NCBI GenBank assembly: GCA_041392175.1
Contig: JAWKMP010000007.1
Location: 6,134 to 70,133 of the forward strand
Source of the DNA: Flavobacteriaceae bacterium
GTDB lineage: Bacteria; Bacteroidota; Bacteroidia; Flavobacteriales; Flavobacteriaceae
Reading direction: 5' to 3'
Length of the DNA stretch: 64,000 nt
This document shows positions 9,595-20,640 of this stretch, piece after piece. The notes beneath the pieces were generated by a model, which had not been told where the DNA came from, did no database searches, and saw only the letters and a program-made list of their open reading frames with translations. Made by a program: the position numbers and the translations under genes. Every line of letters starts with the position of its first letter. Position 1 is the first letter of the stretch.

Positions 9595-11491
9595 TTAGGG
9601 CAATCATGCCCAAGGGTGGAAGGTTGAACAGGGCCGATTGCTTTCGGTACTGCCATTCCTTGGCTTCGGTGGTGTACTGTTTTTTTACGGGGAACTGCGC
9701 TCCTGCGTATTGGCTTTCGTCACTGTTGAAGATCAATTTGTATTTTCCTGCTTTAGGCAGGCCTATGCGATAGTCTTCCCTGGGCACAGGAGTCATGTTG
9801 CAAATAATGATGACATCGTCCTTTTCGTTTTCTCCTTTTCTAATATATGAAAGCACCGAGTTTTCGGCATCGTTGTAATCTATCCATTCAAATCCAGAGG
9901 GGCTAAATTGTTTTTCGTGTAATGCCGGCTCTTTTCGGTACAGGGCATTCAAATCGGCTACTAATTGCTGGACACCTTTGTGATAATCATATTCTAGCAA
10001 ATGCCAGTCCAAGCTCTGTTGGAAATTCCATTCTTCACTTTGCCCAAATTCCCCTCCCATGAACAATAGATTGCTTCCCGGATGGGTAAGCATGTAGCTA
10101 TACAATAATCGAAGGTTGGCAAAGCGTTGCCATTCATCACCTGGCATGCGGTACAGCAAAGATCTCTTGCCATACACCACTTCATCATGGCTTAATGGCA
10201 GCATGAAATTTTCGGTAAAGGCATAGGTCATACTAAAGGTAAGATCGTTTTGATGATGCCTTCTGTAGATGGGCTCTTTTTTGAAATATTCCAGCGTATC
10301 GTGCATCCAGCCCATCATCCATTTCATCCCAAAGCCCAATCCGCCCAAAAAAGTAGGCTTTGAGACCATAGGGAAACTGGTAGACTCTTCGGCTATGGTT
10401 TGTACCCCTTCAAAAGAGGCGTACACTTCTTGGTTCAACTCTTTCAAAAATGAAATGGCTTCTAGGTTTTCCCTACCACCAAATTGATTGGGCTCCCATT
10501 CACCATCGTTTCTGGAATAATCCAAATATAACATGGAAGCCACGGCATCTACCCGAAGGCCATCGGCGTGGCATTGATCGAGCCAGAAAATGGCATTGCT
10601 TATAAGGAATGCTCGTACTTCGTTTCTTCCGTAATTAAAAATGAGGCTTTTCCAGTCGGGATGATAGCCTTTTCTTCTATCAGGGTGCTCATAAAGGTGG
10701 GTACCATCAAAAAAACCCAATCCGTGTGCATCTTCCGGAAAGTGGGAAGGAACCCAGTCCAGGATGACGCCAATATTGTTTTTGTGAAGTTCATCTACCA
10801 GTAGCATGAAGTCTTCGGGCTTTCCAAAACGCGAGGTAGGAGCAAAATAGCCGGTAAGTTGGTAGCCCCAGGAAGGATCGTACGGGTATTCCATGATGGG
10901 CATGAACTCAACATGGGTAAAGTTCATCTTTTTTACGTAGGCGGTCAGTTCCTTGGCCAATTCAATATAGGACAATGGCCTGTTTTCCTTGCTGTTATAC
11001 ATCCAAGAGCCCAGATGCACTTCATAGACCGAGAAGGGTTTGTTCAATTGGTTGCTTTCCTTTCGCGATTCCATCCATGCTTGGTCTTTCCAAGTATAGT
11101 GGGTATTCCAAACAATGGAGGCCGTGTTGGGTGGATGCTCACATTTTCGGGCAAAGGGATCGGCTTTTTCGGTTTTGATATCGTTGTGGTGCGAATGAAT
11201 CTTGTATTTGTATTTGGTTCCCTTTTCGATGTTGGGAATAAACCCTTCCCAAATGCCTGAACCGTCCCAACGCACAAACAAAGGGTGTTCTCCTTCAATC
11301 CAATAATTAAAGTCCCCCACTACCGATACCGCCTTGGCCGAGGGGGCCCAAACGGCAAAATAGACGCCCTTTTCGCCGTTCACTTCCGTGAGGTGCGCCC
11401 CAAGTTTTTCGTATAATCTGAAGTGTTTTCCGGCTTTAAATAAGTTGATGTCAAATTCGGTAAAAAGACTGTGAGAATGTACGTTGCTCAT
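9575..11491 (-). CDS. glgB: 1,4-alpha-glucan branching enzyme
   Basis: YEVHLGSW, SWGYQ, DWVPSHFP, GLRVDAVASMLY, AEEST, LSHDEVVYGK. Confidence 0.95.
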   Translation of the reverse strand: MSNVHSHSLFTEFDINLFKAGKHFRLYEKLGAHLTEVNGEKGVYFAVWAPSAKAVSVVGDFNYWIEGEHPLFVRWDGSGIWEGFIPNIEKGTKYKYKIHSHHNDIKTEKADPFARKCEHPPNTASIVWNTHYTWKDQAWMESRKESNQLNKPFSVYEVHLGSWMYNSKENRPLSYIELAKELTAYVKKMNFTHVEFMPIMEYPYDPSWGYQLTGYFAPTSRFGKPEDFMLLVDELHKNNIGVILDWVPSHFPEDAHGLGFFDGTHLYEHPDRRKGYHPDWKSLIFNYGRNEVRAFLISNAIFWLDQCHADGLRVDAVASMLYLDYSRNDGEWEPNQFGGRENLEAISFLKELNQEVYASFEGVQTIAEESTSFPMVSKPTFLGGLGFGMKWMMGWMHDTLEYFKKEPIYRRHHQNDLTFSMTYAFTENFMLPLSHDEVVYGKRSLLYRMPGDEWQRFANLRLLYSYMLTHPGSNLLFMGGEFGQSEEWNFQQSLDWHLLEYDYHKGVQQLVADLNALYRKEPALHEKQFSPSGFEWIDYNDAENSVLSYIRKGENEKDDVIIICNMTPVPREDYRIGLPKAGKYKLIFNSDESQYAGAQFPVKKQYTTEAKEWQYRKQSALFNLPPLGMIALKRINSK

Positions 11492-11501
11492 AAAGGATTT
11501 G

Positions 11502-13130
11502 TTAATCTAATTTCATAATCGATGCGATGCCTTCCAATGGGATGACTGCCCAAAGGGGCCGTGCGTTCATTTCATAACCCAGTTCGTAAACGGCCTTTTC
11601 CAGCATGGAATACTTGAGGACATAAATGCGCTCTTGGCTGTAGCCAATGTTGATGTTGGCATTTTGGATTTTTTCGGTGTAACTTTCCAGGAATACCCCA
11701 ATGAAGTAGCGGTATAGCAATTCGCCTGCAAAGAACAACTCTTCCTCGGTTTGTGGGTACTGGTCTCCGTTATTGAAAATAGTGGCGTAAATAGCATAAT
11801 GGAACGAACGAAACAAACCCGCCACGTCTTTCAAGGGAGGTTGTTTCACTTTTCGGTCACGGATGGTGCTCTCGGGTTCACCCTCAAAATCGAGGATGTA
11901 AAAATCATTGTTTTTCACCAAGATTTGCCCCAAATGGTAATCGCCATGCACGCGAAGGCGTTCTCCTTTCAGTTTGGTCCAGTCAAAATCGAGGAACCGT
12001 TTACGGATTTCGTTTTTCTGTTCCAAAAACTGTTTTGCCAAGGAAAGGGTAAGTCCCTCCAGTTTATGTAGGTTGTTCTCTACGGTATTCAAGCGGTTTT
12101 GGAATTGATACAGCAAGCGGTTTTTCAGCCATACTTCATAATCGCCATTGAAACGTTCTGGTGTAAAGGCTGTTTCCTCAAATTCAGAACCTAGGGCAAT
12201 GTGCATTTCGGCCGTACGAATTCCTAGTTGGCGTAAATTCTGAAATACGCTCAATCCTGCCCAATCAATAATCTCTGGGGGAACCTCTTGTATTTTTAGT
12301 CGTTGGAACATCCCCACATCGGGCAAATGCTTCACATTGATATGCTTGTCCTTTAGGTTATGGAAAACCCGGTCCAGCTTTTTCAGCATGTATTCCCACG
12401 CGTCCCCTTCATTGGGAACTAGTTCCTGCATAAGGGCAATGGTGGTGATGATATTTTCCGTATCCTTAATGTTGATGCTTCCCAGATAGGCAGGCGTATT
12501 TTTAAACCCTTTTTTATCGGAAAGGAACCGCGACATTTCGTAATCTGGGTTTTTGGTGGCATAAATCCTTCGGAAGAATTTAATAACACAAGTGTCGTTG
12601 ATGATCACAGAGGTATTGCTCTGTTCCATGCCCATAAATCGTGAGGATTTGTACTCGGTTTCCTTGAAACGGTCTCCTTTGTGGTATTGTACGCGGGTGG
12701 TATCATTGGGTTGGGCCGTTAGGATGCGTTCAAAAACCAGCTTTCGGAAGGCTTCCAAATGAATGGCATCAATAATGTACCCATCGGTTTCCTGAATTTT
12801 GACTTTTAGGATACGTTCTTCCTTGGCAAAATTTTCATCGGTCACAAAGGCAATGGGCAAAAAATAATGTTGATAAAAGGCTTCCACAAAGTTTACTTCT
12901 AGGATAAGCCCATAGTACACCTCTTCATTTTGTTGAATACGGAAATATTCGGTCAACTCGATGTATTTCAATTTGCTGGATTTTCCACCGTACCACCGTT
13001 GCTTAATGATGTAATCTTCCAGTACTTCGGAAAGGAACATTTTCATGAAGCCAGGGTCGTCCATCAATTGCTCCCAGGGAGCATTGAAGTGAGAAGGGGA
13101 TTTCATTTTGGTGGTTTCCAGTTTTGCCAT
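11502..13130 (-). CDS. Maltokinase (Mak/Pep2-like)
   Basis: QRWYGGK, EQSNTS, RVHGDYHLGQIL, DFEGEP, KDVAGLFRSFHYA; lies between glgE and glgB. Confidence 0.85.
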   Translation of the reverse strand: MAKLETTKMKSPSHFNAPWEQLMDDPGFMKMFLSEVLEDYIIKQRWYGGKSSKLKYIELTEYFRIQQNEEVYYGLILEVNFVEAFYQHYFLPIAFVTDENFAKEERILKVKIQETDGYIIDAIHLEAFRKLVFERILTAQPNDTTRVQYHKGDRFKETEYKSSRFMGMEQSNTSVIINDTCVIKFFRRIYATKNPDYEMSRFLSDKKGFKNTPAYLGSINIKDTENIITTIALMQELVPNEGDAWEYMLKKLDRVFHNLKDKHINVKHLPDVGMFQRLKIQEVPPEIIDWAGLSVFQNLRQLGIRTAEMHIALGSEFEETAFTPERFNGDYEVWLKNRLLYQFQNRLNTVENNLHKLEGLTLSLAKQFLEQKNEIRKRFLDFDWTKLKGERLRVHGDYHLGQILVKNNDFYILDFEGEPESTIRDRKVKQPPLKDVAGLFRSFHYAIYATIFNNGDQYPQTEEELFFAGELLYRYFIGVFLESYTEKIQNANINIGYSQERIYVLKYSMLEKAVYELGYEMNARPLWAVIPLEGIASIMKLD

Positions 13131-13131
13131 G

Positions 13132-15069
13132 TTATTTTTCTATTTTAAACAAATGGAAGGGAAGCACGGTGTGAAGCTCGATATAATTCCATTCTTTGTT
13201 CCAAAGGTAACTGCTCTGCGTAATCAAATCGAACACTTTTACTTGATGCCCTTCTTGGATTCCAAGAGAGGCCAAAGGCAGTTGCAACATTCCTTTTTGG
13301 GTATAATAGGGATCCAGGCTTGCTACACAGATAAGCTCGTTTTCCTTGTGTTGATCATATTTATAATAGGCAATCAAATTCTCGTTTTCAACATTCAAAA
13401 ACTGAATATTATTGGTTTGCTGAAGGGCTTTTTGCTCCCTTCGAATATGGTTGATCTTGGTGATGAGCGTTGTGAGTTTGTTTTCGATTGTCCAGTCCCA
13501 ATGTCTGATTTGAAATTTTTCAGAATCCAGGTACTCTTCCCTTCCCGGTAAAGCAGCACCTTGCATGTATTCAAACACGGGCCCATAAATACCTATGTTG
13601 GAAGATAGGGTAGCGGCCAAAAAGTATTTTTGAAGGTATACCGATTCCAAATTCCCCTGAAGCGCCCACGGGTTGATATCGGGCGTATTGGGCCAAAAGT
13701 TGGGGCGGAAGAAATACCGTTGGTCTGTTTGGGTCAACTCGGTAAGGTATTCAATAAGTTCGTGCTTGCTGTTACGCCAAGTGAAATAGGTATAGGATTG
13801 CGAAAAACCTTGTTTGGCCAACTGGTGCATGATTTTGGGACGTGTAAATGCTTCGGCCAAGAAGAGCACATTAGGGTGCTTCTTTTTTACTTCTGCGATT
13901 AACCATCCCCAAAAATAAAAGGGCTTGGTGTGAGGGTTGTCTACTCGGAACACCTGAATACCAAACTCCTCTATCCAATACAAGGCAGTGGATAGCATTT
14001 CGTCCCATAAATTTTTCCAGTCTTCACTTTCAAAATAGATGGGAAGGATATCCTGGTATTTTTTGGGAGGGTTTTCTGCATACTGAACAGTGCCGTCTGG
14101 GCGCCATTTAAACCATTGTGGATGTTCCTGTACCCAAGGGTGGTCTGGTGCTGCCTGTAGTGCAAAATCCATGGCAATTTCAATGCCCAGTTCTTTGGCT
14201 TTGTTGACCAACGATTTAAAATCGGCTTCATTGCCCAATTGGGGATGCAAACTTTTATGCCCCCCGTATTTTGAACCAATGCCCCAGCAAGACCCCACAT
14301 CGCTTTCTTGCGCCGTCGTGGTATTATTTTTTCCTTTTCGGTTTACTTCGCCAATAGGATGAATGGGAGGGAGGTACAACGTATCAAAGCCCATCTTAGC
14401 AACCCTTGGGAGCAATGTTTCACAATCGGCAAAGGTGCCATGTGTTTCTTCCACAGGAGAAGCAGAGCGTGGGAAAAATTCGTACCATGTGCTGAAGCGT
14501 GCTTTTTCACGATCGCAATAAGCTTTTAAGGTGATGCTTTCATTCATTAAAAAACATTCGGGATACGCCGTGAAAATATGGTGCAGCTTTTCCGAAACGG
14601 CCTCTTTTATGGCTTGCTCGTACGCTTCTGGTTTGGCAAAAGGCAGTTTTGAGCATTTCAAGGTATTCTTCTCCAAGTCATATCTTTGTTGAATTTTGGA
14701 GAGGTAATCGATTCCTTCCAGCAATTCGGAAGTTACTTTTTGGCCATCGTCAATTTTACGATGAATACCATGCTGCCAATTAAGGGCGTAATCTACCCAA
14801 CCTTCTATTTTATATTCATAAAAGCCCTGCTTTTCGGTCACAAAAGAAACTTCCCAGCGGTCATTTTCATGAGGATGCATCCTTTTTTTGGACCATGTTT
14901 TGGCTTTTTCGTGCTTATAACAAAGATGGGCTGCCAAGACATCATGGCCATCGGCAAGGATATCGGCGGAAACCGTAATAATTTCATTAACAACGCTTTT
15001 TATGGGGTACAGCCCTCCTTCAAGTTGTGGAGTTACGTTTTCTATAATAACCCTACTTTGGTTATGCAT
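13132..15069 (-). CDS. glgE: Alpha-1,4-glucan:maltose-1-phosphate maltosyltransferase
   Basis: WYEFFPRS, PPIHPIG, YAENPPKKYQDI, FRVDNPHTKP, AEAFT, NTPDI. Confidence 0.95.
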   Translation of the reverse strand: MHNQSRVIIENVTPQLEGGLYPIKSVVNEIITVSADILADGHDVLAAHLCYKHEKAKTWSKKRMHPHENDRWEVSFVTEKQGFYEYKIEGWVDYALNWQHGIHRKIDDGQKVTSELLEGIDYLSKIQQRYDLEKNTLKCSKLPFAKPEAYEQAIKEAVSEKLHHIFTAYPECFLMNESITLKAYCDREKARFSTWYEFFPRSASPVEETHGTFADCETLLPRVAKMGFDTLYLPPIHPIGEVNRKGKNNTTTAQESDVGSCWGIGSKYGGHKSLHPQLGNEADFKSLVNKAKELGIEIAMDFALQAAPDHPWVQEHPQWFKWRPDGTVQYAENPPKKYQDILPIYFESEDWKNLWDEMLSTALYWIEEFGIQVFRVDNPHTKPFYFWGWLIAEVKKKHPNVLFLAEAFTRPKIMHQLAKQGFSQSYTYFTWRNSKHELIEYLTELTQTDQRYFFRPNFWPNTPDINPWALQGNLESVYLQKYFLAATLSSNIGIYGPVFEYMQGAALPGREEYLDSEKFQIRHWDWTIENKLTTLITKINHIRREQKALQQTNNIQFLNVENENLIAYYKYDQHKENELICVASLDPYYTQKGMLQLPLASLGIQEGHQVKVFDLITQSSYLWNKEWNYIELHTVLPFHLFKIEK

Positions 15070-15177
15070 ATAGTGGTTTGTTTTACTTTGTACTGTTAAA
15101 TATATAAAACCAAAGGCAATATTGAATACACTTTTTAGATTCTTTCATTTCGATAACGATTTCGGAATGAAATTCAT

Positions 15178-15201
15178 AAAAAAAGGCCCTTTTTAAGGGC
15201 C
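15178..15201 (-). terminator. Intrinsic terminator of the LRR gene
   Basis: ggccctt/aagggcc hairpin with an A tract on the left (U tract on the minus strand). Confidence 0.6.
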
Positions 15202-15224
15202 CTATGTTGTTTTGTTAGGTTTGT

Positions 15225-15932
15225 TTAGTCTTTATCGTCACTAGTCTCAATAGCAATTACAGGTTTACCGCCGCTTTCCAGGGAAGATTCCTCTAGCGAC
15301 ATAAAAGCCGAGTTGCTTAATAAGACAGCAGATATTTCATTGGTGTTTTGGAAATTATTTTCGGCAATAACAAATACCTTTAAATTTCTGTTGCGGGACA
15401 ATGCCAATGGCAGATTACCCGATAATTGGTTTTGGAATACATTGAAAACTTCCAAATTCTCCAAACGATTAATGCTGTTGGGAACTTCACCACTCAATTG
15501 ATTGCTGCTAAGGTGCAGTTGCTTCAAGGTAGCCAGATCTCCAAAAGAGGCAGGGATTGACCCTGTGATATCATTTCCATTCAACGCAAGTACTTCCAAT
15601 TTTCCTAAAGAACCTATGGTTTCTGGAAGTTCCCCATTGATTTTATTAAAGGAAAGTTCCAAGACTTTCAATTCGGTAAGTTGTGCAATGGAAGCAGGTA
15701 TTGTTCCCTCCATATTATTGAAAAGCATGCGTATTTCGGTAATGTGGTTGTGGGAAACGGTAATCCCTTCCCATTGGGTTACCGGCTTGTCCAAGGGCCA
15801 GCTTACTTTCCATTGGTCTCCATTAGTCGATTGATACAAATCTGTAAGGGCAGCCATCTCATTTGCAGGGAGTTGCGCAAAAAGGCTACAACTAGCCAAA
15901 AAGAAGGATAAAAAAACCGCTATTTTTTTCAT
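15225..15932 (-). CDS. Secreted leucine-rich repeat protein (plant-type LRR consensus)
   Basis: Signal peptide, ALTDLYQSTNGDQW cap, repeats of LxxLxLxxNxLxGxIP. Confidence 0.85.
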   Translation of the reverse strand: MKKIAVFLSFFLASCSLFAQLPANEMAALTDLYQSTNGDQWKVSWPLDKPVTQWEGITVSHNHITEIRMLFNNMEGTIPASIAQLTELKVLELSFNKINGELPETIGSLGKLEVLALNGNDITGSIPASFGDLATLKQLHLSSNQLSGEVPNSINRLENLEVFNVFQNQLSGNLPLALSRNRNLKVFVIAENNFQNTNEISAVLLSNSAFMSLEESSLESGGKPVIAIETSDDKD

Positions 15933-16122
15933 AATTGAGGTTGGTTACGATTATTCTTACGAATCAATAGTTCAAATAACTTATAAATTCGATTAATGAC
16001 AAAATAAATTCGATGAAATGCATTATTATTTTTAACGCTTGAATGATAAAGGGGAGATTGGAAAGCCAATTTGTATCTTATTTTATCCCTTTTTTATACC
16101 TTTACAGAGTTAATATCCCTCC

Positions 16123-16542
16123 ATGGAAAAAAGTGAGCAGCAGCTTGTAGAATCATGCAACGCGATGTGCAAAAATACCTTGATGGAGACCTTAGGCATT
16201 GAATTTACGGCCATTTCAAAAGATACTATTATTGCCAGAATGCCCGTAACTCCCAAAGTACACCAACCCGATGGCGTACTTCATGGCGGAGCCTCTGTTG
16301 CTTTGGCAGAAAGTGTAGGGAGTGCCGGAGCGTTTATATTCCTTGGGGAGCCTAATATTCAAATAAGGGGGATTGAGATTTCTGCCAATCATATAAAAAG
16401 TGTCAAAGAGGGTTACGTGTATGCACATGCCCAAATTATCCATCATGGGAAGACCCTTCAATTATGGCATATTCGTATTGAAAATGAAGCAAAGGAATTA
16501 GTCTCCTTTATAAAACTCACCACGATTACGTTGCGTACATAG
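16123..16542 (+). CDS. Hotdog-fold PaaI thioesterase (probable DHNA-CoA hydrolase, MenI-like)
   Basis: HQPDGVLHGGASVALAESVGS; heads the menF-menD cluster. Confidence 0.8.
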   Translation: MEKSEQQLVESCNAMCKNTLMETLGIEFTAISKDTIIARMPVTPKVHQPDGVLHGGASVALAESVGSAGAFIFLGEPNIQIRGIEISANHIKSVKEGYVYAHAQIIHHGKTLQLWHIRIENEAKELVSFIKLTTITLRT

Positions 16543-16546
16543 AGAT

Positions 16547-17610
16547 ATGATTGAACCTGCTACCCTCGAGCTTATTTCGGAACAATACAGAAAAAAACTT
16601 CCCTTTGTAGTGTATTCCTTGCCTGATAGCCAGGAAATTACAGTAATACTTCAAAAGAACAGTACCTATTATCCAACAGAGGATTTTACCAAGAGTGCCT
16701 TTGTTTTTTACCCCTTTTCAAACAATCATAAGGATTACTGCATTCCCAAGGAACACGCCACGGTTTTAAAACAACAAGTGTCCCTTCGATTACTTGAAAC
16801 ACAGCCCATCAATTTTGAAGAAAATGCAGCAACCAAATCCCAGTACGAAGATTTGGTCTCCAAAACCGTTTCCAACATAAAAACTAGGAATGCCCAAAAA
16901 ATTGTAGTTTCTAGAAAAGCCTCCCTCACTATTGCCCCCATCAATTTTGAAGAAATCCTTTATCGATTGTTGCTTATTTATCCTACGGCCTTTCGGTATT
17001 TATGGTATCATCCCGAAACCAGTATCTGGTGTGGCGTTACCCCCGAAGTGTTATTGAAAACGAGCGATACCTGTTTTACCACCATGGCGCTGGCAGGAAC
17101 CCAAAAGAATGATTCCATCCAAAGAATTGAATGGGGCGAAAAGGAACGAAATGAACACCAATTGGTAATAGATGATATTGTGGATAAATTGCAAAGCATC
17201 CTATCGGTCATTAAGGTTTCCAAAACCTATAACTTTAATGCAGGGCCAGTGGTGCATTTACGGACAGATATTACGGGCTGCATCAAAAAAGGGAAATCCA
17301 CCCTTACCGAGATAGCGGCAAGCCTGCACCCTACATCAGCCGTTTGTGGTACCCCAGAAGCCTTTCTAAAAAATTCTATAGAAACCCACGAAGTGGTATG
17401 ATCGTGAATACTATACGGGGTATTTAGGGCCTTAAGGGAAAAGCTGGAAGAATCCAGTATTTTTGTGAATTTACGTTGTATGAAGATTGAAGGAAATACT
17501 GCCCATATTTTTGTTGGAGGAGGCATTACCCAAGACTGTTCCTGAAGTAGCCATGGGAAACACAACATAAAATGCAAACGATGCTTAGCTTATTGCAACC
17601 TTTTCTTTAA
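16547..17610 (+). CDS. menF: Isochorismate synthase (frameshifted after about 17390, probably sequence error)
   Basis: KIVVSR, TPEVLL, MALAGT, LHPTSAVCG. The C-terminal motifs YDREYYTGYLG, FVNLRCM and VGGGIT continue in shifted frames to TAA at 17608-17610. Confidence 0.8.
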
Positions 17611-17642
17611 AATATGTACAGGTGTTTGTACCCTTGTACTGA

Positions 17643-19299
17643 ATGAGCTATTCCTCAAAAATCCTTTCCCAAACGGTCGTTCAATTGTGCCTCTCCAAAG
17701 GAATTGACCACATTGTAATTTCCCCAGGCTCCCGAAATGCCCCATTGATTGCCGGGTTTACCTCCCATGGTTCTTTCACTGCTGTGTGTTGATGAACGGT
17801 GCTGCATTTTTCGCATTGGGTAATGGCGCAACAACTCCATAAACCCGTGGCCAAATGCTTGTACTTCTGGTTCGGCAGCTCTAAATTATCCGCCATTGCC
17901 GAAGCTTTTTTGACAGCGATATTCTTTGGTGGTCATCACGGCAGACCGACCTTCCCATTTAATAGATGTGGGCGACGGACAAACCATTCGGCAGGAAAAC
18001 GTGTACCAACAACATATTGAATATGCCGCCCTTTGCAAGGAAGGGGAGGAGTTTCAATCCTATAATGAGACCGAGATCAATACTGCCTTGAACACCGCTA
18101 TTGAAGGGCAAGGCCCCGTACACATCAATGTTCCCTTTTCGGAACCGCTATACGAAATAGTTGCTGAAGCACAAATAACCCCGTTGGATATACCGCCACG
18201 ATTATTCTCAGAACAAAGGTTGGAAGGGAATTTAATTTCCTATACTGAAAAATGGAGAAAAAGCCCCCGCAAAATGGTCTTGGTGGGAACGTTACCTCCC
18301 CATTCGGTGGAAGCCCGGTTTTTAGAGGTTTTGGCGAACGATCCTTCTGTTATTGTACTTACCGAAACCACTTCAAATTTACATCACCCTTCCTTTTTTC
18401 CTGCCATCGACCAGCTTATAAGTCCGTTGGATGATGAGGAATTTAAAAAATTACAACCCGAACTGTTGCTTACCTTTGGGGGAATGATCGTATCGAAACG
18501 CATCAAAGCGTTTTTGCGAAAATATACCCCCAAAGAGCATTGGCACATCGGCCCAAAAACCGCCAACAATACGTTCTTTTGCTTAACCAAACATTTTAAA
18601 AATACCCCCAATTACTTTTTTAATCATTTTTTAAAAGATTCAAAGGCTGTTGAAAACTATCAATCCTACTGGCTGAAAGTAAGAAATGGGCGTTTGGGGA
18701 AGCATGATGTTTTTGTGGCCCAAGTCACTTACTCCGATTTTAAAGTCTATGAGGCCATTTTTAGAAAAATTCCCCAACAGCATCTATTACAATTGGCCAA
18801 CAGTACCGCAATTCGGTATGCACAGCTTTTTGCGTTGCATCCTAGCTTGAGTGTTTTTTGTAATAGGGGAACCAGTGGGATTGATGGAAGCACTAGTACG
18901 GCAATTGGGGCCGCAGTGGCGAGTGGGCATCCTACGGTATTGGTGACTGGCGATTTAAGTTTTTTCTATGACAGTAACGCGTTATGGAACCAGTATATTC
19001 CTGCTTCTTTTCGTATTATTTTGGTAAACAATGGGGGAGGTGGGATTTTTAGGATTTTGCCCAAAGCAAAAACCATGTCCCATTTTGAACGTTTTTTTGA
19101 AACCAAACATTCGTTAACGGCGGTTCATTTATGCGCCATGTTTGGCTTCGATTACTTTTCTGCTCAAAATTCACAGCAAGTAGAAAACACCCTGGAAGAA
19201 TTTTTTAAGGGAAGTGACCGCCCAAAATTACTGGAAGTCTTTACGCCTTCCGAAGTAAATGACCTGCAATTGAATGCCTATTTTAAAGCCATAGGTTAA
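17643..19299 (+). CDS. menD: SEPHCHC synthase MenD (5' part indel-ridden, probably sequence error)
   Basis: ATG at 17643 gives ..HIVISPGSRNAPL; fragments VDERC, CTSGS; then ITADRP, GPVHINVPFSEPL, NRGTSGIDGS, GDLSFFYD, NNGGGGIF. Confidence 0.85.
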
Positions 19300-19709
19300 G
19301 CTTTTTCCAAAATACCTTTAGCCCATGAAAACGCACTGGAAAGGTCATCACAACAATGAAAATGCTTTTTGAAAAACATGGATTCCATCTCGGCATTTTT
19401 TCTTCCTATTTCATCATAGGTAACCAAGGCAATCCCTTTTAAGGTAGGGATTTTTTCTAGGTAAACATAATCGTTGGGATTGACTGCATATGAGTGGATG
19501 CGATTGGCAATGTATACCCAAGGTTTCCTTCCCAACATTTTCAAACCAGTGACCAAAATAGGAAAAGCCGTTTTGTAGGATAGCGTGATCCCCTCTTTCG
19601 CTTCTACAACCACGATGTTTTTGTAAAAATACACCGTATTGATTTCAGTGCTGAAAACATCTTTCAGGACATACTCCTCTGGCAAATCGTGATGGGTTGG
19701 TACTTTCAT
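19296..19709 (-). CDS. Flavobacterial hypothetical protein (STAS/SEC14-like)
   Basis: KPWVYIANRIHSYAVNP motif typical of this small family. Confidence 0.65.
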   Translation of the reverse strand: MKVPTHHDLPEEYVLKDVFSTEINTVYFYKNIVVVEAKEGITLSYKTAFPILVTGLKMLGRKPWVYIANRIHSYAVNPNDYVYLEKIPTLKGIALVTYDEIGRKNAEMESMFFKKHFHCCDDLSSAFSWAKGILEKA

Positions 19710-19785
19710 GAAAGGCCGAAAATAACCAATTAATTTTTTTTAAGGCATACGAATTTCCACGTATTTTTTTACATCATAAAAAGAG

Positions 19786-19793
19786 TACCTTTG
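19786..19793 (+). promoter_or_regulatory. Bacteroidota -7 promoter element just upstream of the CvfB-like gene
   Basis: TACCTTTG ends 4 nt before the ATG. Confidence 0.55.
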
Positions 19794-19797
19794 CCAA

Positions 19798-20640
19798 ATG
19801 ATGCAACTGGGCCAATACAATACACTTACCATCCTCAGGGAAACCGAACCGGGATTATTTTTAGGAGATGATGCCGAGAATGAGGTACTGCTTCCTCATC
19901 GGTATAAGCCCAGCAATTATCAAGTGGGTGATTCTGTGGAAGTATTTCTTTATTTGGATAATGAGGAGCGTCCCATAGCCACTACCGATAGGCCCTATCT
20001 TACCCTCAATACCTTTGGCTACCTCCGTTGTAGCGACGTAAATGATTATGGAGCATTTATGGATTGGGGCTTGGTAAAACAGTTATTTGTTCCTTTTAAA
20101 GAACAAGCCCGCCCCATGAAAGTGGGGAATTGGTACATTGTGTATTTGTATTTGGATGACAAAACCAACCGATTGGTGGGTTCGAGCAAGACCAATAAGT
20201 TTTTGAGCAACGAAAACCTAACCATCCAAAAATTTGACGAAGTGGAAATCATGGTGACCCATATTACCGAGCAGGGAGCCAATGTAATCATCAATGGGAT
20301 TCATAAGGGGCTCATTTTTGTAGGGGATATTTTTGAAGATATTCGCTCTGGTGATCGAATGAAAGCTTACGTGAAAAAAATTAGGGAAGATAAAAAAGTA
20401 GATATCGTGTTGCATCCCCCAGGGTATCGAAGCATTGAACCCAATGCGAACTACCTTCTCGACGAATTGAAAGCGGCGGGCGGGTTCCTCCCTTTTCATG
20501 ACAAAACCGATCCCGAAATCATCAAAAACGAATTGGGGCTCAGCAAAAAAAGTTTTAAGAAAGCCATTGGTAGTCTATACAAAGACAAGCAAATTAGGAT
20601 TACCGAAGAGGGTATTGAGTTACTTAATAAATCTCAATAG
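19798..20640 (+). CDS. CvfB family S1 RNA-binding protein
   Basis: LGQYNTL, GAFMDWGL, C-terminal LSKKSFKKAIGSLYK winged helix. Confidence 0.88.
   Translation: MMQLGQYNTLTILRETEPGLFLGDDAENEVLLPHRYKPSNYQVGDSVEVFLYLDNEERPIATTDRPYLTLNTFGYLRCSDVNDYGAFMDWGLVKQLFVPFKEQARPMKVGNWYIVYLYLDDKTNRLVGSSKTNKFLSNENLTIQKFDEVEIMVTHITEQGANVIINGIHKGLIFVGDIFEDIRSGDRMKAYVKKIREDKKVDIVLHPPGYRSIEPNANYLLDELKAAGGFLPFHDKTDPEIIKNELGLSKKSFKKAIGSLYKDKQIRITEEGIELLNKSQ

Noticed and set aside
15225-15932. Eukaryote-derived LRR gene
   Set aside because: Plant-like LRR proteins with this cap are common in Bacteroidota and the composition is host-like.
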